64,000 nt of DNA from an uncultured bacterium (GCA_964437095.1 CAYTFH010000015.1:851-64850), one strand, 5' to 3'; shown: positions 10,303 to 19,800, counted from the first letter of the stretch. Numbers and translations: made by a program. The notes: generated by a model from the letters alone, not told the origin.

Positions 10303-11210
10303 CCCTCCGCGTCGGGACCCGGACCAGTTCCTTGAGCCGCCAGCAGACGGATTGGGTCCTGCAGCGTCTGCGGGAGCACGACCCCCGCCTGCGCTTCGAG
10401 GTGCTGCCCATCCGCACCGCGGGCGACCGATCCCGTCGGCCCATCCCCCAGCTGGGCGGGACCGGGTGGTTCACCAAGGAGCTGGAGCGGGCCCTCCTGG
10501 GGGGTGCGGTGGACCTGGTGGTGCACAGCCTCAAGGACCTGCCCACGGCACCAACCCCGGGCCTGGTGGTGGCCGCGGTGCCTGTGCGGGAGGATCCCAG
10601 GGACGCCCTGGTGGGTCCGTGGCCGGGCCTGGACCGGCTGCCCGCGGAGGCTAGGGTGGGGACCTCCAGCCCCCGGCGGAGGGCGCAGCTTCTGGCGTAC
10701 CGCAGGGACCTTCGGATCCTGCCTCTGCGCGGCAACGTGGACACGCGCCTCAAAAAAGTCGCCGCGGGAGAGGTGGACGCGGCCGTGGTGGCCGCGGCGG
10801 GGTTGTTGCGGGGCGGGTGGCGGGACCACATCCGGCAGTACGTGGACCCCGACATCCTGCTGCCGGCCCCGGGGCAGGGGGCCCTGACGGTGCAGGTGCG
10901 GGAGGGCGACCGGAGCTTCGTGGAGCTGGTGGGTGTCCTGGACCACCCGCCCACCCGGGCCGCGGTGGAGTCGGAGCGAGCCTTCCTGAGGGGCCTGGGG
11001 GGCGGGTGCACGGTGCCCGCGGCGGCCCTGGGCACGGTGCAGGGAGACCGGCTGCGCCTGCGGGTGCGGGTTCTGTCCGAGGACGGAAGCCGGCAGGTTT
11101 CCGCGGTGCGGGAAGGCCCGCTGGTAGACGCGGAAAGGCTCGGCCGGGAGGCGGCGGAGGAGGTCCGCCCGTTCCTGGCCCTCATGGGAGCCGGGCCGTG
11201 GCGGGGGTAG
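10299..11210 (+). CDS. hemC: hydroxymethylbilane synthase (porphobilinogen deaminase)
   Basis: RVGTRTSSLSRQQT N-terminus, GGGCTVP cofactor loop; TTG start overlapping hemA stop. Confidence 0.85.
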   Translation: MTLRVGTRTSSLSRQQTDWVLQRLREHDPRLRFEVLPIRTAGDRSRRPIPQLGGTGWFTKELERALLGGAVDLVVHSLKDLPTAPTPGLVVAAVPVREDPRDALVGPWPGLDRLPAEARVGTSSPRRRAQLLAYRRDLRILPLRGNVDTRLKKVAAGEVDAAVVAAAGLLRGGWRDHIRQYVDPDILLPAPGQGALTVQVREGDRSFVELVGVLDHPPTRAAVESERAFLRGLGGGCTVPAAALGTVQGDRLRLRVRVLSEDGSRQVSAVREGPLVDAERLGREAAEEVRPFLALMGAGPWRG

Positions 11211-11983
11211 CGAGCCAGCCGTTGCGGGGCCGGCGGGTGCTGGTGACCCGCCCGCGCCACCAGGCGGAGGACCTTCGGGCGCGGCTGGAAGCCCTGGGGG
11301 CGGAGGTGTACGCGGTACCCGTGATCCAGATCCTGCCACCCGAAGACCCAGAGCCGCTGAAGCAGGCCGCGGGTCGCCTGGAGAGCTACCGGTGGGTGGT
11401 GTTCACCAGCCGCAACGGGGCTGAGTCCTTCGCCCGCGCGGCGGGCAGGCCCGCCCTGCCCAGCTCCACGCGGGTCGCGTGCATCGGGCCCGCCACCGCG
11501 CGGGCAGTCCGGCAGCTCCTGGGCTGGCCGGTGCACCTGCAGCCGCGGGCGTACGTGGCGGAGGCCCTGGTGGACGCCTTCCGGGAGGCGGGGGTCCAAG
11601 GGGCTGCGGTGCTGCTGGTGCGGGCGCAGGAAGCTCGCGACACCCTCCCGGAGGGGCTGCGGGCGTGGGGTGCGCGGGTGGACGTGGTGGCCGCCTACCG
11701 CACCCTGCCCGCGTACAATGAAGCCGAGCGGCTCCAGGACGTGTTGCGCCGCGGCGTGGACCTGGCGACCTTCGCCAGCCCCTCCGCGGTGCGGGCGGCG
11801 GTGCAGCTGTGCGGGGAGCTGGAGGTGCTGCGGGCCGTCCCCGCGGCGTGCATCGGCCCGGTGACCGCCGCGGCGGCGGAGCACCTGGGCCTTCGGGTGG
11901 TGGCGGTGGCGGAAGACTTCACCCAGCAGGGTTTGGTGGAAGCCGTGGTCCGCACCCTGACGGGAGGGGAGGGAGGACGGTGA
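11198..11983 (+). CDS. hemD: uroporphyrinogen-III synthase
   Basis: RVLVTRP...VVFTSRNG HemD pattern; start overlaps hemC 3' end (GTG at 11198 or 11207). Confidence 0.75.
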   Translation: MAGVASQPLRGRRVLVTRPRHQAEDLRARLEALGAEVYAVPVIQILPPEDPEPLKQAAGRLESYRWVVFTSRNGAESFARAAGRPALPSSTRVACIGPATARAVRQLLGWPVHLQPRAYVAEALVDAFREAGVQGAAVLLVRAQEARDTLPEGLRAWGARVDVVAAYRTLPAYNEAERLQDVLRRGVDLATFASPSAVRAAVQLCGELEVLRAVPAACIGPVTAAAAEHLGLRVVAVAEDFTQQGLVEAVVRTLTGGEGGR

Positions 11984-12963
11984 GCTTTCCCGCGTTCCGC
12001 AGCCGGCGCCTGCGGCGCACGGAGGCGCTGCGGCGGCTGTCCCAGGAGGTGGACCTGCTCCCCCGCCACTTCGTGGCACCCCTGTTCGTCAAGGAGGGGA
12101 TCTCGCAGCCCGTCCCCATCCCGTCGTTGCCCGGCCAGGTCCAGCACACGGTGTCCAGCGTGGTGGAGGAAGTGGGCGAGCTGGTGGACGCAGGGGTGGC
12201 CGCGGTGATCCTGTTCGGCATCCCCGCCCGCAAGGACCCCCTGGGCAGCGGGGCGTGGGACGACGGCGGGGTCGTACAGCAGGCCCTGCGGGCCCTGCGG
12301 TCGGAGTTCGAGGACCGCGTGGTGCTGGTGGCCGACCTGTGCTTGTGCGAGTACACCGACCACGGCCACTGCGGGGTGCTGGCGGACGGCCCCGAGACCG
12401 TGGACAACGACCGCACCCTGGAACTGTACGGGACGGTGGCCGTAACCCAGGCCCGGGCGGGTGCGGACGTGGTCGCGCCCAGCGGGGTCATGGACGGCCA
12501 GGTGGCGGCTATCCGGCGGGCCCTGGATGAGGCGGGGTTCCATCAGGTGGCCATCCTCAGCTACGCGGCCAAGTTCGCCTCCGCCTTCTACGGCCCCTTC
12601 CGCGAAGCGGCGGAGTCCGCGCCCCGCTTCGGCCACCGGCGGGCCTACCAGCTGCCCCCGGGGGGCTTGCGGGCCGCCCTGCGCCGTGTGGCGCAGGACG
12701 TGGCCGAGGGCGCGGACGCGGTGATGGTGAAGCCGGCCCTCCCGTACCTGGACGTGCTGCGGGAGGTCCGGCAGAGGTTCGACGTGCCGGTGGCGGCGTA
12801 CTGTGTGAGCGGGGAGTACGCCATGGTCCACGCCGCCGCCCAGCGGGGTTGGCTGGACCTTCCCGCGGCCATGCTGGAGGTGCTCACGTCCGTCCGCCGT
12901 GCGGGCGCGGATTGGATCCTCACGTACTTCGCCAAGGAGGCCGCAAGGCTCCTGAGGGGATGA
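11980..12963 (+). CDS. hemB: porphobilinogen synthase (ALA dehydratase)
   Basis: Cys-rich metal site DLCLCEYTDHGHCG; GTGA overlap with hemD. Confidence 0.9.
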   Translation: MSFPAFRSRRLRRTEALRRLSQEVDLLPRHFVAPLFVKEGISQPVPIPSLPGQVQHTVSSVVEEVGELVDAGVAAVILFGIPARKDPLGSGAWDDGGVVQQALRALRSEFEDRVVLVADLCLCEYTDHGHCGVLADGPETVDNDRTLELYGTVAVTQARAGADVVAPSGVMDGQVAAIRRALDEAGFHQVAILSYAAKFASAFYGPFREAAESAPRFGHRRAYQLPPGGLRAALRRVAQDVAEGADAVMVKPALPYLDVLREVRQRFDVPVAAYCVSGEYAMVHAAAQRGWLDLPAAMLEVLTSVRRAGADWILTYFAKEAARLLRG

Positions 12964-14240
12964 GCCGTTCGGAGGAGCTCTTCCGGCGGGCGCGCCGCGT
13001 GATGCCCGGCGGGGTCAGCAGCCCCGTGCGGGCGTTCCGCGCGGTGGGAGGCACACCGCCGTTCTTGGTCCGGGGCGAGGGCGCGTACGTCACCGACGCG
13101 GACGGCCGGCGGTACGTGGACTGCGTCATGTCCTGGGGCGCCCTGCTGCTGGGCCACGCCCACCCCCAGGTGGTGCAGGCGGCCCAGCACGCGGTGGCGG
13201 AGGGGAGCAGCTTCGGAGCGCCCACCCCGTGGGAGGTGGAGTTCTGCGAGCGGATTCGGGCCGCGGTCCCCTCCGTGGAGGTGGTGCGGCTGGTGAGCTC
13301 GGGCACGGAGGCGGTGATGAGCGCCCTGCGGGTGGCGCGGGCCGCCACGGGCCGCGAAGGGGTGGTGAAGTTCGACGGCGGCTACCACGGCCACGTGGAC
13401 AGCCTCCTGGTGCGGGCGGGCTCGGGGGTTGCCACCTTCGACCTGCCCGACAGCGCCGGAGTGCCTCCTCCCGCGGTGCGGTCCACCTTCTCCCTGCCGT
13501 ACAACGACCTGGACTCCGTGCGCCGCTTCTTCCAGGCGCGGGGGGAGGAGGTGGCGGCGGTGCTGGTGGAGCCCGTGGCGGGCAACATGGGCACGGTTGC
13601 CCCGGAGCCGGGCTTCCTGCAGGGGCTGCGGGAACTTTCGGAGCGGTGGGGTGCCCTGCTGGTGTTCGACGAGGTCATCACCGGGTTCCGCTTCCACTAC
13701 GGCGCGGCCCAAGACCTGTTCGGGGTGCCGCCGGACCTCACGTGCTTGGGGAAGGTCATCGGCGGCGGCTTCCCCCTGGCCGCGTACGGAGGGCGGGAGG
13801 ACCTGATGCGCCTGGTGGCCCCCGACGGCCCCGTCTACCAGGCGGGCACCCTGTCCGGAAACCCCGTGGCGGTGCGGGCGGGGCTCGCCACCCTGGCGGC
13901 ACTGGAAGACGGGGACGTGTACCGGCGGTTGGAAGCATTGGGTCAGGCTCTGGAAGAGGGGCTCCGGGACGCGGCGCGTCAGGCGGGAGTCCCGGCGTGC
14001 GTGAACCGGGTGGGATCCATGCTCACGGTGTTCTTCGGCGTGGAGCGGGTGACGGACTACGACAGCGCGAGGAGGTGCGACACCGCGGCGTTCGCGCGGT
14101 TCTTCCACGCCATGCTGGCCCGGGGCACCTACCTCCCCCCGTCCCCCTTCGAGGCGTGGTTCCTTTCCGCGGCCCACGGAGAGGAAGAAGTCGAGCAGAT
14201 CCTCCGGGCGGCCCGCGAGGCCTTCCGGGAGGCCGCATGA
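12960..14240 (+). CDS. hemL: glutamate-1-semialdehyde 2,1-aminomutase
   Basis: class-III aminotransferase fold, N-terminal MPGGVSSPVRAF; ATGA overlap with hemB. Confidence 0.9.
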   Translation: MSRSEELFRRARRVMPGGVSSPVRAFRAVGGTPPFLVRGEGAYVTDADGRRYVDCVMSWGALLLGHAHPQVVQAAQHAVAEGSSFGAPTPWEVEFCERIRAAVPSVEVVRLVSSGTEAVMSALRVARAATGREGVVKFDGGYHGHVDSLLVRAGSGVATFDLPDSAGVPPPAVRSTFSLPYNDLDSVRRFFQARGEEVAAVLVEPVAGNMGTVAPEPGFLQGLRELSERWGALLVFDEVITGFRFHYGAAQDLFGVPPDLTCLGKVIGGGFPLAAYGGREDLMRLVAPDGPVYQAGTLSGNPVAVRAGLATLAALEDGDVYRRLEALGQALEEGLRDAARQAGVPACVNRVGSMLTVFFGVERVTDYDSARRCDTAAFARFFHAMLARGTYLPPSPFEAWFLSAAHGEEEVEQILRAAREAFREAA

Positions 14241-14974
14241 CCCGCGTCCTGGTGGTCATGCCCCTGTACAACGAGGAGGCCACCCTGCAGGAGGTGCTGG
14301 AAGCGGTGCTGCGGTACGCACCTCCCGGTGCGGACGTGCTGGTGGTGGACGACGGCTCCACGGACCGGTCCGCCGAGATCCTGGCCCGGTTCCCGCAGGT
14401 GCGGGTGATCCGGCACCCCGAAAACCGGGGGTACGGGGCGTCCCTGATCGACGGCTTCCGCTACGCCCTGGAGCACGGCTACGACGTGGTGGTGACCATG
14501 GACTGCGACGCTCAGCACGAACCGTACCTCATCCCCGACCTGCTGAGCGCCCTGGAGGGCGCGGACATCGTGTCCGGGAGCCGCTACCTGCCCGGCTCCT
14601 CTCGAGGCCAGGAACCTCCTCCGGACCGGCTGCGCATCAACCGGGAGGTGACCCAGCGGGTGAACACCCTCACGGGCTACCAGCTCACCGACGCCTTCTG
14701 CGGGTTCAAGGCGTACCGGGCCGAGGCGCTGCGGAAGCTGCAGCTGGACGAGCCGTCGTACGGCATGCCCTTGCAGGTGTGGCTGCAGGCGGCGCGCTGG
14801 GGCTTGCGGGTGCGGGAGATCCCCATCGGCCGCATCTACAAGAACCCCCACCGCCGCTTCTGGGGCGGGCTGGACGACCCCGAGGTGCGGCTCCGGTACT
14901 ACCTGGACGTGCTGGAGCGGGAGGCGGCCCGCTGGCTCCAGCGGGCGGCGCCCTCCGGGGAGGGAGGGCCGTGA
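14237..14974 (+). CDS. family-2 glycosyltransferase (DPM1/GtrB-like)
   Basis: VVDDGSTD and DCD(xQH) GT-A motifs; ATGA overlap with hemL. Confidence 0.8.
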   Translation: MTRVLVVMPLYNEEATLQEVLEAVLRYAPPGADVLVVDDGSTDRSAEILARFPQVRVIRHPENRGYGASLIDGFRYALEHGYDVVVTMDCDAQHEPYLIPDLLSALEGADIVSGSRYLPGSSRGQEPPPDRLRINREVTQRVNTLTGYQLTDAFCGFKAYRAEALRKLQLDEPSYGMPLQVWLQAARWGLRVREIPIGRIYKNPHRRFWGGLDDPEVRLRYYLDVLEREAARWLQRAAPSGEGGP

Positions 14975-15651
14975 AGTCGGTCCTGGTCCTCGCCCCCCAC
15001 CCCGACGACGCGGAGATCGCCATGGGCGGCACCATGGCCGCGCTGGTGGCCCAGGGCTGGCGGGTGGTGGTGTGCGACCTCACGGACGGGGAGCCCACGC
15101 CCGTGGGCACCCCCGAACGCCGTAGGCAGGAAGCCGCCCAGGCCGCCCGCATCCTGGGCGTGGAGCGCCGCATCCTCGACCTGCCCAACCGGTTCCTCCT
15201 GGACGAGGTACAGGCGCGGAAGAAGGTGGCCGCGGTGATCCGGGAGGTGCGGCCGGACTGGCTGTTCGTGCCGTACTGGGAGGACGCCCACCCCGACCAC
15301 GTGCAGGCCGCGTCCCTGTGCGAGGCGGCTCGGTTCTACGCCAAGCTCACCCACACCGACATCCCCGGAGACCCCCACTACCCACGCCGGGTGGTGCACT
15401 TCTTCTCCACCCACTACCGCATGGTCCGCCGTCCGTCCTTCGTGTTCGACATCAGCGACACCCTGGAGCGCAAGATGGAGAGCCTGCGCGCCTACCAGAG
15501 CCAGTTCGGACCGGAGCGGGGGAACTCGTGGGTGCTGGACGCGGTGCGGGACGCCAACCGCTACTTCGGCCGCCTGGTGGGCGTGCAGTACGGCGAGCCC
15601 TTCCTCCTGCGGGAGGAGCTGGGGGTGCGCAGCCTGGAGGCGCTGGTGTGA
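14971..15651 (+). CDS. PIG-L/LmbE family N-acetylglucosaminyl deacetylase
   Basis: APHPDDAEIAMGG zinc-site motif; GTGA overlap with GT2 gene. Confidence 0.8.
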   Translation: MKSVLVLAPHPDDAEIAMGGTMAALVAQGWRVVVCDLTDGEPTPVGTPERRRQEAAQAARILGVERRILDLPNRFLLDEVQARKKVAAVIREVRPDWLFVPYWEDAHPDHVQAASLCEAARFYAKLTHTDIPGDPHYPRRVVHFFSTHYRMVRRPSFVFDISDTLERKMESLRAYQSQFGPERGNSWVLDAVRDANRYFGRLVGVQYGEPFLLREELGVRSLEALV

Positions 15652-17183
15652 CGGACCTGCAAATCCCCACGCGGCACGGGGAGGTGGCGTGCGTCCCGGA
15701 GCTGGGCCGGTGGCTGGAGGTGGCGGAAGCCAACGCCCGGCGGCTGGAGCAGGCGCAGATCCGGGGCCAACCCCTGGGGGCGGTGCGGGCGCAGGCCCGC
15801 CAGGAACTGGTGGCCTGCAGCCGCCAGCTGTTGGGCCGCTGGGGCCTGCCCGCGCCCGAGGTGTCCGCAGGACCGTGGGTGGCCACCGGCCACCAGCCGA
15901 CCCCGTTCCACCCGGGCATCTGGGTGAAGACGTGGGGCGTGGACGCGTGCTGCGCCCGCGGGGCGACGGGCCTGTACGTGGTGGTGGACTCTGACGAGTG
16001 CGAGCGGTGGACGGTGCGGGTCCCGCGGCGGGACGGCTCCCTGCAGGTGGCGGAGCGGGTGCTGGTCTCCTGCGGAGCCGAGGTACCCTTCGAGGCGGCT
16101 CCACCGCCGGAGGAGGCGGCCTGGCGGGGGTTCTGCGCCCAGCTGTCCCAGGACCTGGCAACCCTGCGGCTGCCCGAGCTGGTGGAGCGTCTATCCCGGG
16201 CGGAACGGGCGGGGCTGGAGAGCGTACGGTGCGCTCGGAACCTGGGCGAGTTCGGAGCCGCGCTGCGCAGGCGGCTGGAACTGGGCTGCGGGTCCGTGCG
16301 GTACCTGGAGGTGACCGTGTCGCAACTGGCGGGCACCGGCGCGTTCCGCCACTTCGCGGGCTGGATCGCGCAGCACGCGGAGCGCTTCTGGGAGTGCCAC
16401 AACCGGGCCCTGGACCAGTACCGCCGGGAGGAAGGTCTGAGGTCTGCCGCCCAGCCCTTCCCCAACCTGCGGAAAGAGGGCGACCTGGTGGAGCTGCCCT
16501 TCTGGCTCGTGTGGGGCGGGCGCCGGCGTCCGGTGTGGGCGCAGACGGGGAGGGGTGACCCCGTGCTGGTGTGCGACGGAAGGCCTGTGGGCACGGTTCA
16601 CGACCTGCCCCGGGAGCTGAGGCCGCGGGCCCTGACCCTCACCCTGTTCTTGCGGCTGGTGGTGTGCGACCTGTTCGTTCACGGCCTGGGCGGCGCCCGC
16701 TACGACCGCGTCACGGACCGGGTCATGCACGAGTTTTTCGGCACCCCGCCGCCCCCCTTCGCGGTCCTCACCGCCACCTTCCACCTGCCCCTGGCCCGCC
16801 ACCGGGACCCCCAGGCGGAGTACGCTGCCGCCCACCGGAAGTGGCTGGATCTGCACCACAACCCGGACCGCTACCTGCCCCGGGACGGCGAGGTGGCAGC
16901 ATTGGTGGAGGAAAAGTGGCGGTGCATCCAGGCCCTGAACGCCCCGGACCTGCCCCGCCGCAGCCGCCGGGAGCTCACCCAGCGCATCCGGGCCATCAAC
17001 GATTGCCTCCGGCAGCACCTCCAGGACGTGATCCGCGAGGCGGAAGCGGAGCTTGCGGCGTTGCGCCGCGAGGTGGAAGAGCACCAGGTGGCCACCGACC
17101 GCGGCTACCCGTTCTTCCTGTTCGAGCCCGAGGAGGTGCGGGCGTCCGTGGCGATGGCGGAGGGAGTGCGGTGCGGCCGGTAG
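15648..17183 (+). CDS. hypothetical soluble 511-aa protein, possibly distant BshC-like (speculative)
   Basis: GTG overlapping LmbE stop; coiled-coil C-terminus; weak GHQP...HPG resemblance to BshC GGQQ region; no TM segments. Confidence 0.5.
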   Translation: MTDLQIPTRHGEVACVPELGRWLEVAEANARRLEQAQIRGQPLGAVRAQARQELVACSRQLLGRWGLPAPEVSAGPWVATGHQPTPFHPGIWVKTWGVDACCARGATGLYVVVDSDECERWTVRVPRRDGSLQVAERVLVSCGAEVPFEAAPPPEEAAWRGFCAQLSQDLATLRLPELVERLSRAERAGLESVRCARNLGEFGAALRRRLELGCGSVRYLEVTVSQLAGTGAFRHFAGWIAQHAERFWECHNRALDQYRREEGLRSAAQPFPNLRKEGDLVELPFWLVWGGRRRPVWAQTGRGDPVLVCDGRPVGTVHDLPRELRPRALTLTLFLRLVVCDLFVHGLGGARYDRVTDRVMHEFFGTPPPPFAVLTATFHLPLARHRDPQAEYAAAHRKWLDLHHNPDRYLPRDGEVAALVEEKWRCIQALNAPDLPRRSRRELTQRIRAINDCLRQHLQDVIREAEAELAALRREVEEHQVATDRGYPFFLFEPEEVRASVAMAEGVRCGR

Positions 17184-17848
17184 ACCCCGTGGTCACGGAG
17201 GGCCTGGGACGTCGCTTCGGCCCCGTGGTGGCTCTCGAGAACGTGTGGCTGCGGGTCCACCAGGGCCAGGGCTTGCTGCTGGTGGGGCCCAACGGCTCGG
17301 GCAAGACCACCCTGCTGCGGGTGCTGGCCACCGCCTTGCGGCCCAGCCCGGGAAGGGCGTGGGTCTGCGGGTACGACGTGACTTCCGAGGGCCACCGGGT
17401 GCGGGAGGTCTGCGCGTACCTGGGTACTTCCCCGGGCCTGTACGGGGCCCTCACGGGGTGGGAGAACCTCTGCCTGGCCGCGGACCTGTGCGGCCGGCCC
17501 CGCGCCGCGGCCCGGGACGCGCTGGCGTGGGCCGGCATGGAGTCGGTGGCGGGTAGGCCCGTGGGGACGTACAGCCTGGGAATGCGGCGGCGGCTGGCGC
17601 TGGCCCGGGTGTACCTACAGCAGGCCCGCGTGCTGCTGCTGGACGAGCCCTTCGTGGGCCTGGACGACCCGGGCGTGCGCCTGGTGCGGGAACTCGTGGA
17701 AGACACAAAGCGCCGTGGCGGCGCCGTGGTGCTGGCCACCCACGACCGGGACCGGGCCCTCGGACTGTGCGAGGCCGTGGCGGAGCTGCAGTCGGGCCGT
17801 CTGCGACCCGCCCTTGCGGGTTTGGCCGCGGTGAGGGCCGAGCGGTGA
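17171..17848 (+). CDS. ccmA: haem exporter ATPase CcmA (ABC)
   Basis: Walker A GPNGSGKTT; degenerate signature YSLGMRRRLALAR; followed by ccmBCDE. Confidence 0.8.
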   Translation: MRPVDPVVTEGLGRRFGPVVALENVWLRVHQGQGLLLVGPNGSGKTTLLRVLATALRPSPGRAWVCGYDVTSEGHRVREVCAYLGTSPGLYGALTGWENLCLAADLCGRPRAAARDALAWAGMESVAGRPVGTYSLGMRRRLALARVYLQQARVLLLDEPFVGLDDPGVRLVRELVEDTKRRGGAVVLATHDRDRALGLCEAVAELQSGRLRPALAGLAAVRAER

Positions 17849-18498
17849 GGGCGTGGCGGCGGGCGGTGGCCCTGGCCCGCAAGGATCTGCTGCTGGAGTG
17901 GCGGGTGCGGGACGCCCTGCTGCCCGCGGGCACCTTCGGCCTTGCGGTGCTGCTGGTGCTGGGCTTGGCCTCCGGCGGAGGCCCCGAGGCCGCGGCACCC
18001 GTGCTGTGGGTGTCCGTGTCCTTGGCCGCGGTGCTGGCCGTGGGCCGCACCACCGAACGGGAAGGGGAAGAGGGGACCTTGGAGGCGCTGCTGTTGTACC
18101 CGGGAAGCCGGGAAGACCTGTTCTGGGGCAAGTGGATGGCCCTGGCGAGCCTGGTGGCGCTGCTGGCCGCGGCCCTGTGGTGCGCGCAGGCGGTCTTGTT
18201 CGGCGCGGGCGTGCGGGCGTGGGGACCCTTCGCCCTCACCGTCCTGCTGGCCGCGTCGGGCCTGGGGGCGGTGGGCACCTTGCTGGCGGCGGTGCTGTGG
18301 AGCGTGCGGGCTTCCCGCCTGTTGCTGCCCCTGTTGTTCCTGCCCACGGCGCTGCCGGTGCTGCTGGCGGGCGTGCGCCTCACGGAGGCCGCGTCGCTGG
18401 GGGCCCCCTCGGGCCCCTGGCTGGGGGTGCTGGCCGCGTTCGACCTTCTGTTCTTGCTGGTGGGACCCGCGCTGTTCGAGGCGGTGGTGGAGGGCTAA
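17845..18498 (+). CDS. ccmB: haem exporter membrane protein CcmB
   Basis: 6-TM ABC-2 permease at the ccmB position; GTGA overlap with ccmA. Confidence 0.75.
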   Translation: MRAWRRAVALARKDLLLEWRVRDALLPAGTFGLAVLLVLGLASGGGPEAAAPVLWVSVSLAAVLAVGRTTEREGEEGTLEALLLYPGSREDLFWGKWMALASLVALLAAALWCAQAVLFGAGVRAWGPFALTVLLAASGLGAVGTLLAAVLWSVRASRLLLPLLFLPTALPVLLAGVRLTEAASLGAPSGPWLGVLAAFDLLFLLVGPALFEAVVEG

Positions 18499-19137
18499 GT
18501 GAGAGCGTTCCTGACCGGCGGGACCATGGCCCTGCTGTGCGCGGGGCTGTTCCTGGGCCTGTGGGCGTCCCCGCCGGACGCGTACCAGGGAGAGTACGTG
18601 CGGATCATGTACGTGCACGTGCCCGCCGCCCTGGCCGCGTACGCCGCGGCGGCGGTGGCGTGCGCCACCGGAGCCCTGTACCTGTGGCGGCGGCGGGTAG
18701 ACTACGACCTCGTGTCGCACGCGGGTGCGGAGCTAGCGGCGTTGTTCAGCGCGCTGACGTTGCTCACGGGGATGCTGTGGGGAAGGCCCGTGTGGGGGGT
18801 CTGGTGGGCCTGGGACGCGCGCCTGGTGAGCACCGCGGTGCTGTTCTTCCTGTACGTGGGGTCGCTGCTGGTGCGGGGGCTGGCGGAGGACCCCGACCGC
18901 GGGCGCAGGCTCGGCGCGGCGGTGGCGGTGGTGGCGTTCCTGGACGTCCCCCTGGTGCACTACTCGGTGGTGTGGTTCCGCACCCTGCACCAGGGGCCTT
19001 CCATCAGCCTGCAGGGTGTGAGGATCGCGCCCGAACTCCTCCTGCCGCTCTCGGTGAACGTGGTGGCCTACCTGAGCCTGCTCAGCTGGCTGCTCGTGGA
19101 GCGCAGCCGCCTCGCTCGGGCGGAGGCACAACCGTGA
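18499..19137 (+). CDS. ccmC: haem exporter protein CcmC
   Basis: WWD domain WGVWWAWDARL plus conserved His-containing loops. Confidence 0.85.
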   Translation: MRAFLTGGTMALLCAGLFLGLWASPPDAYQGEYVRIMYVHVPAALAAYAAAAVACATGALYLWRRRVDYDLVSHAGAELAALFSALTLLTGMLWGRPVWGVWWAWDARLVSTAVLFFLYVGSLLVRGLAEDPDRGRRLGAAVAVVAFLDVPLVHYSVVWFRTLHQGPSISLQGVRIAPELLLPLSVNVVAYLSLLSWLLVERSRLARAEAQP

Positions 19138-19262
19138 GCCCATGGGTGTGGGTGGCGTCCGCTTACGGGTGCGCGGCCCTGCTGGTGGGCGGATACGTGT
19201 GGTGGCTGCGGCGCAGGCTGCGCCGCGCCGCCTCGCGCGGGAACCAGGAGGTGGAGGGGTGA
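19134..19262 (+). CDS. ccmD: haem exporter protein CcmD (42 aa)
   Basis: single TM plus RRRLRR tail; GTGA overlaps at both ends. Confidence 0.6.
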   Translation: MSPWVWVASAYGCAALLVGGYVWWLRRRLRRAASRGNQEVEG

Positions 19263-19642
19263 AGCGTCTGCGCCTGGTGGCTGCGGTGGCGGTGGTGGTG
19301 GGCGCCCTGGGCTACGTGGTGGCCGGTGGCCTGCGGGAGTCGGTGGTGTACTACGTCACCCCCACGGAGCTGCGCTCCGGCAGCGTGGACGTGCGTCGGC
19401 CCGTGCGGGTGGGAGGGCAGGTGGTACCCGGGTCCCTCCACCGGGACGGCGGCACGGGGGAGCTGCGCTTCGTCCTCTCCGACGGCCGCACCACCCTGCC
19501 CGTGCGGTTCCGCGGGGACGTGGCGGGGCTGTTGGTCCAAGGTCAGGGTGCGGTGGTGGAGGGCCGGCTGGACCCGGACGGATCCTTACGGGCCCACACG
19601 GTGGTGGTCAAGCACTCCGAGGAGTACCGGCCGCCGCGCTAG
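19259..19642 (+). CDS. ccmE: cytochrome c maturation haem chaperone CcmE
   Basis: N-terminal TM, OB-fold, C-terminal VKHSEEY haem-binding His/Tyr motif. Confidence 0.8.
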   Translation: MKRLRLVAAVAVVVGALGYVVAGGLRESVVYYVTPTELRSGSVDVRRPVRVGGQVVPGSLHRDGGTGELRFVLSDGRTTLPVRFRGDVAGLLVQGQGAVVEGRLDPDGSLRAHTVVVKHSEEYRPPR

Positions 19643-19800
19643 CGGCTTGACGCGGGGGCAGTCCGGTGCGGAAAATCGTGGCCGGACCTTCACGGCGGGG
19701 GCCCGGCGGGGCCCTTGCGCGTTTTTCGGGCTCGCGAGAGAGGAGTCCGGGTCCCGGAAGTCAAAAACACACGCCGAGTTCACGGGTTTCAGGAGGCACC

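Noticed and set aside
13229-14974. 581-aa + ORF spanning hemL and the GT2 gene
   Set aside because: The upstream two-thirds is an alternative frame over hemL (Gly/Arg-rich). Only the in-frame ATG at 14237 begins a real protein (the GT2 glycosyltransferase).
15648-17183. Assigning the 511-aa protein as BshC
   Set aside because: Resemblance to the BshC GGQQ region is weak and by eye only. Left as hypothetical with a speculative note.
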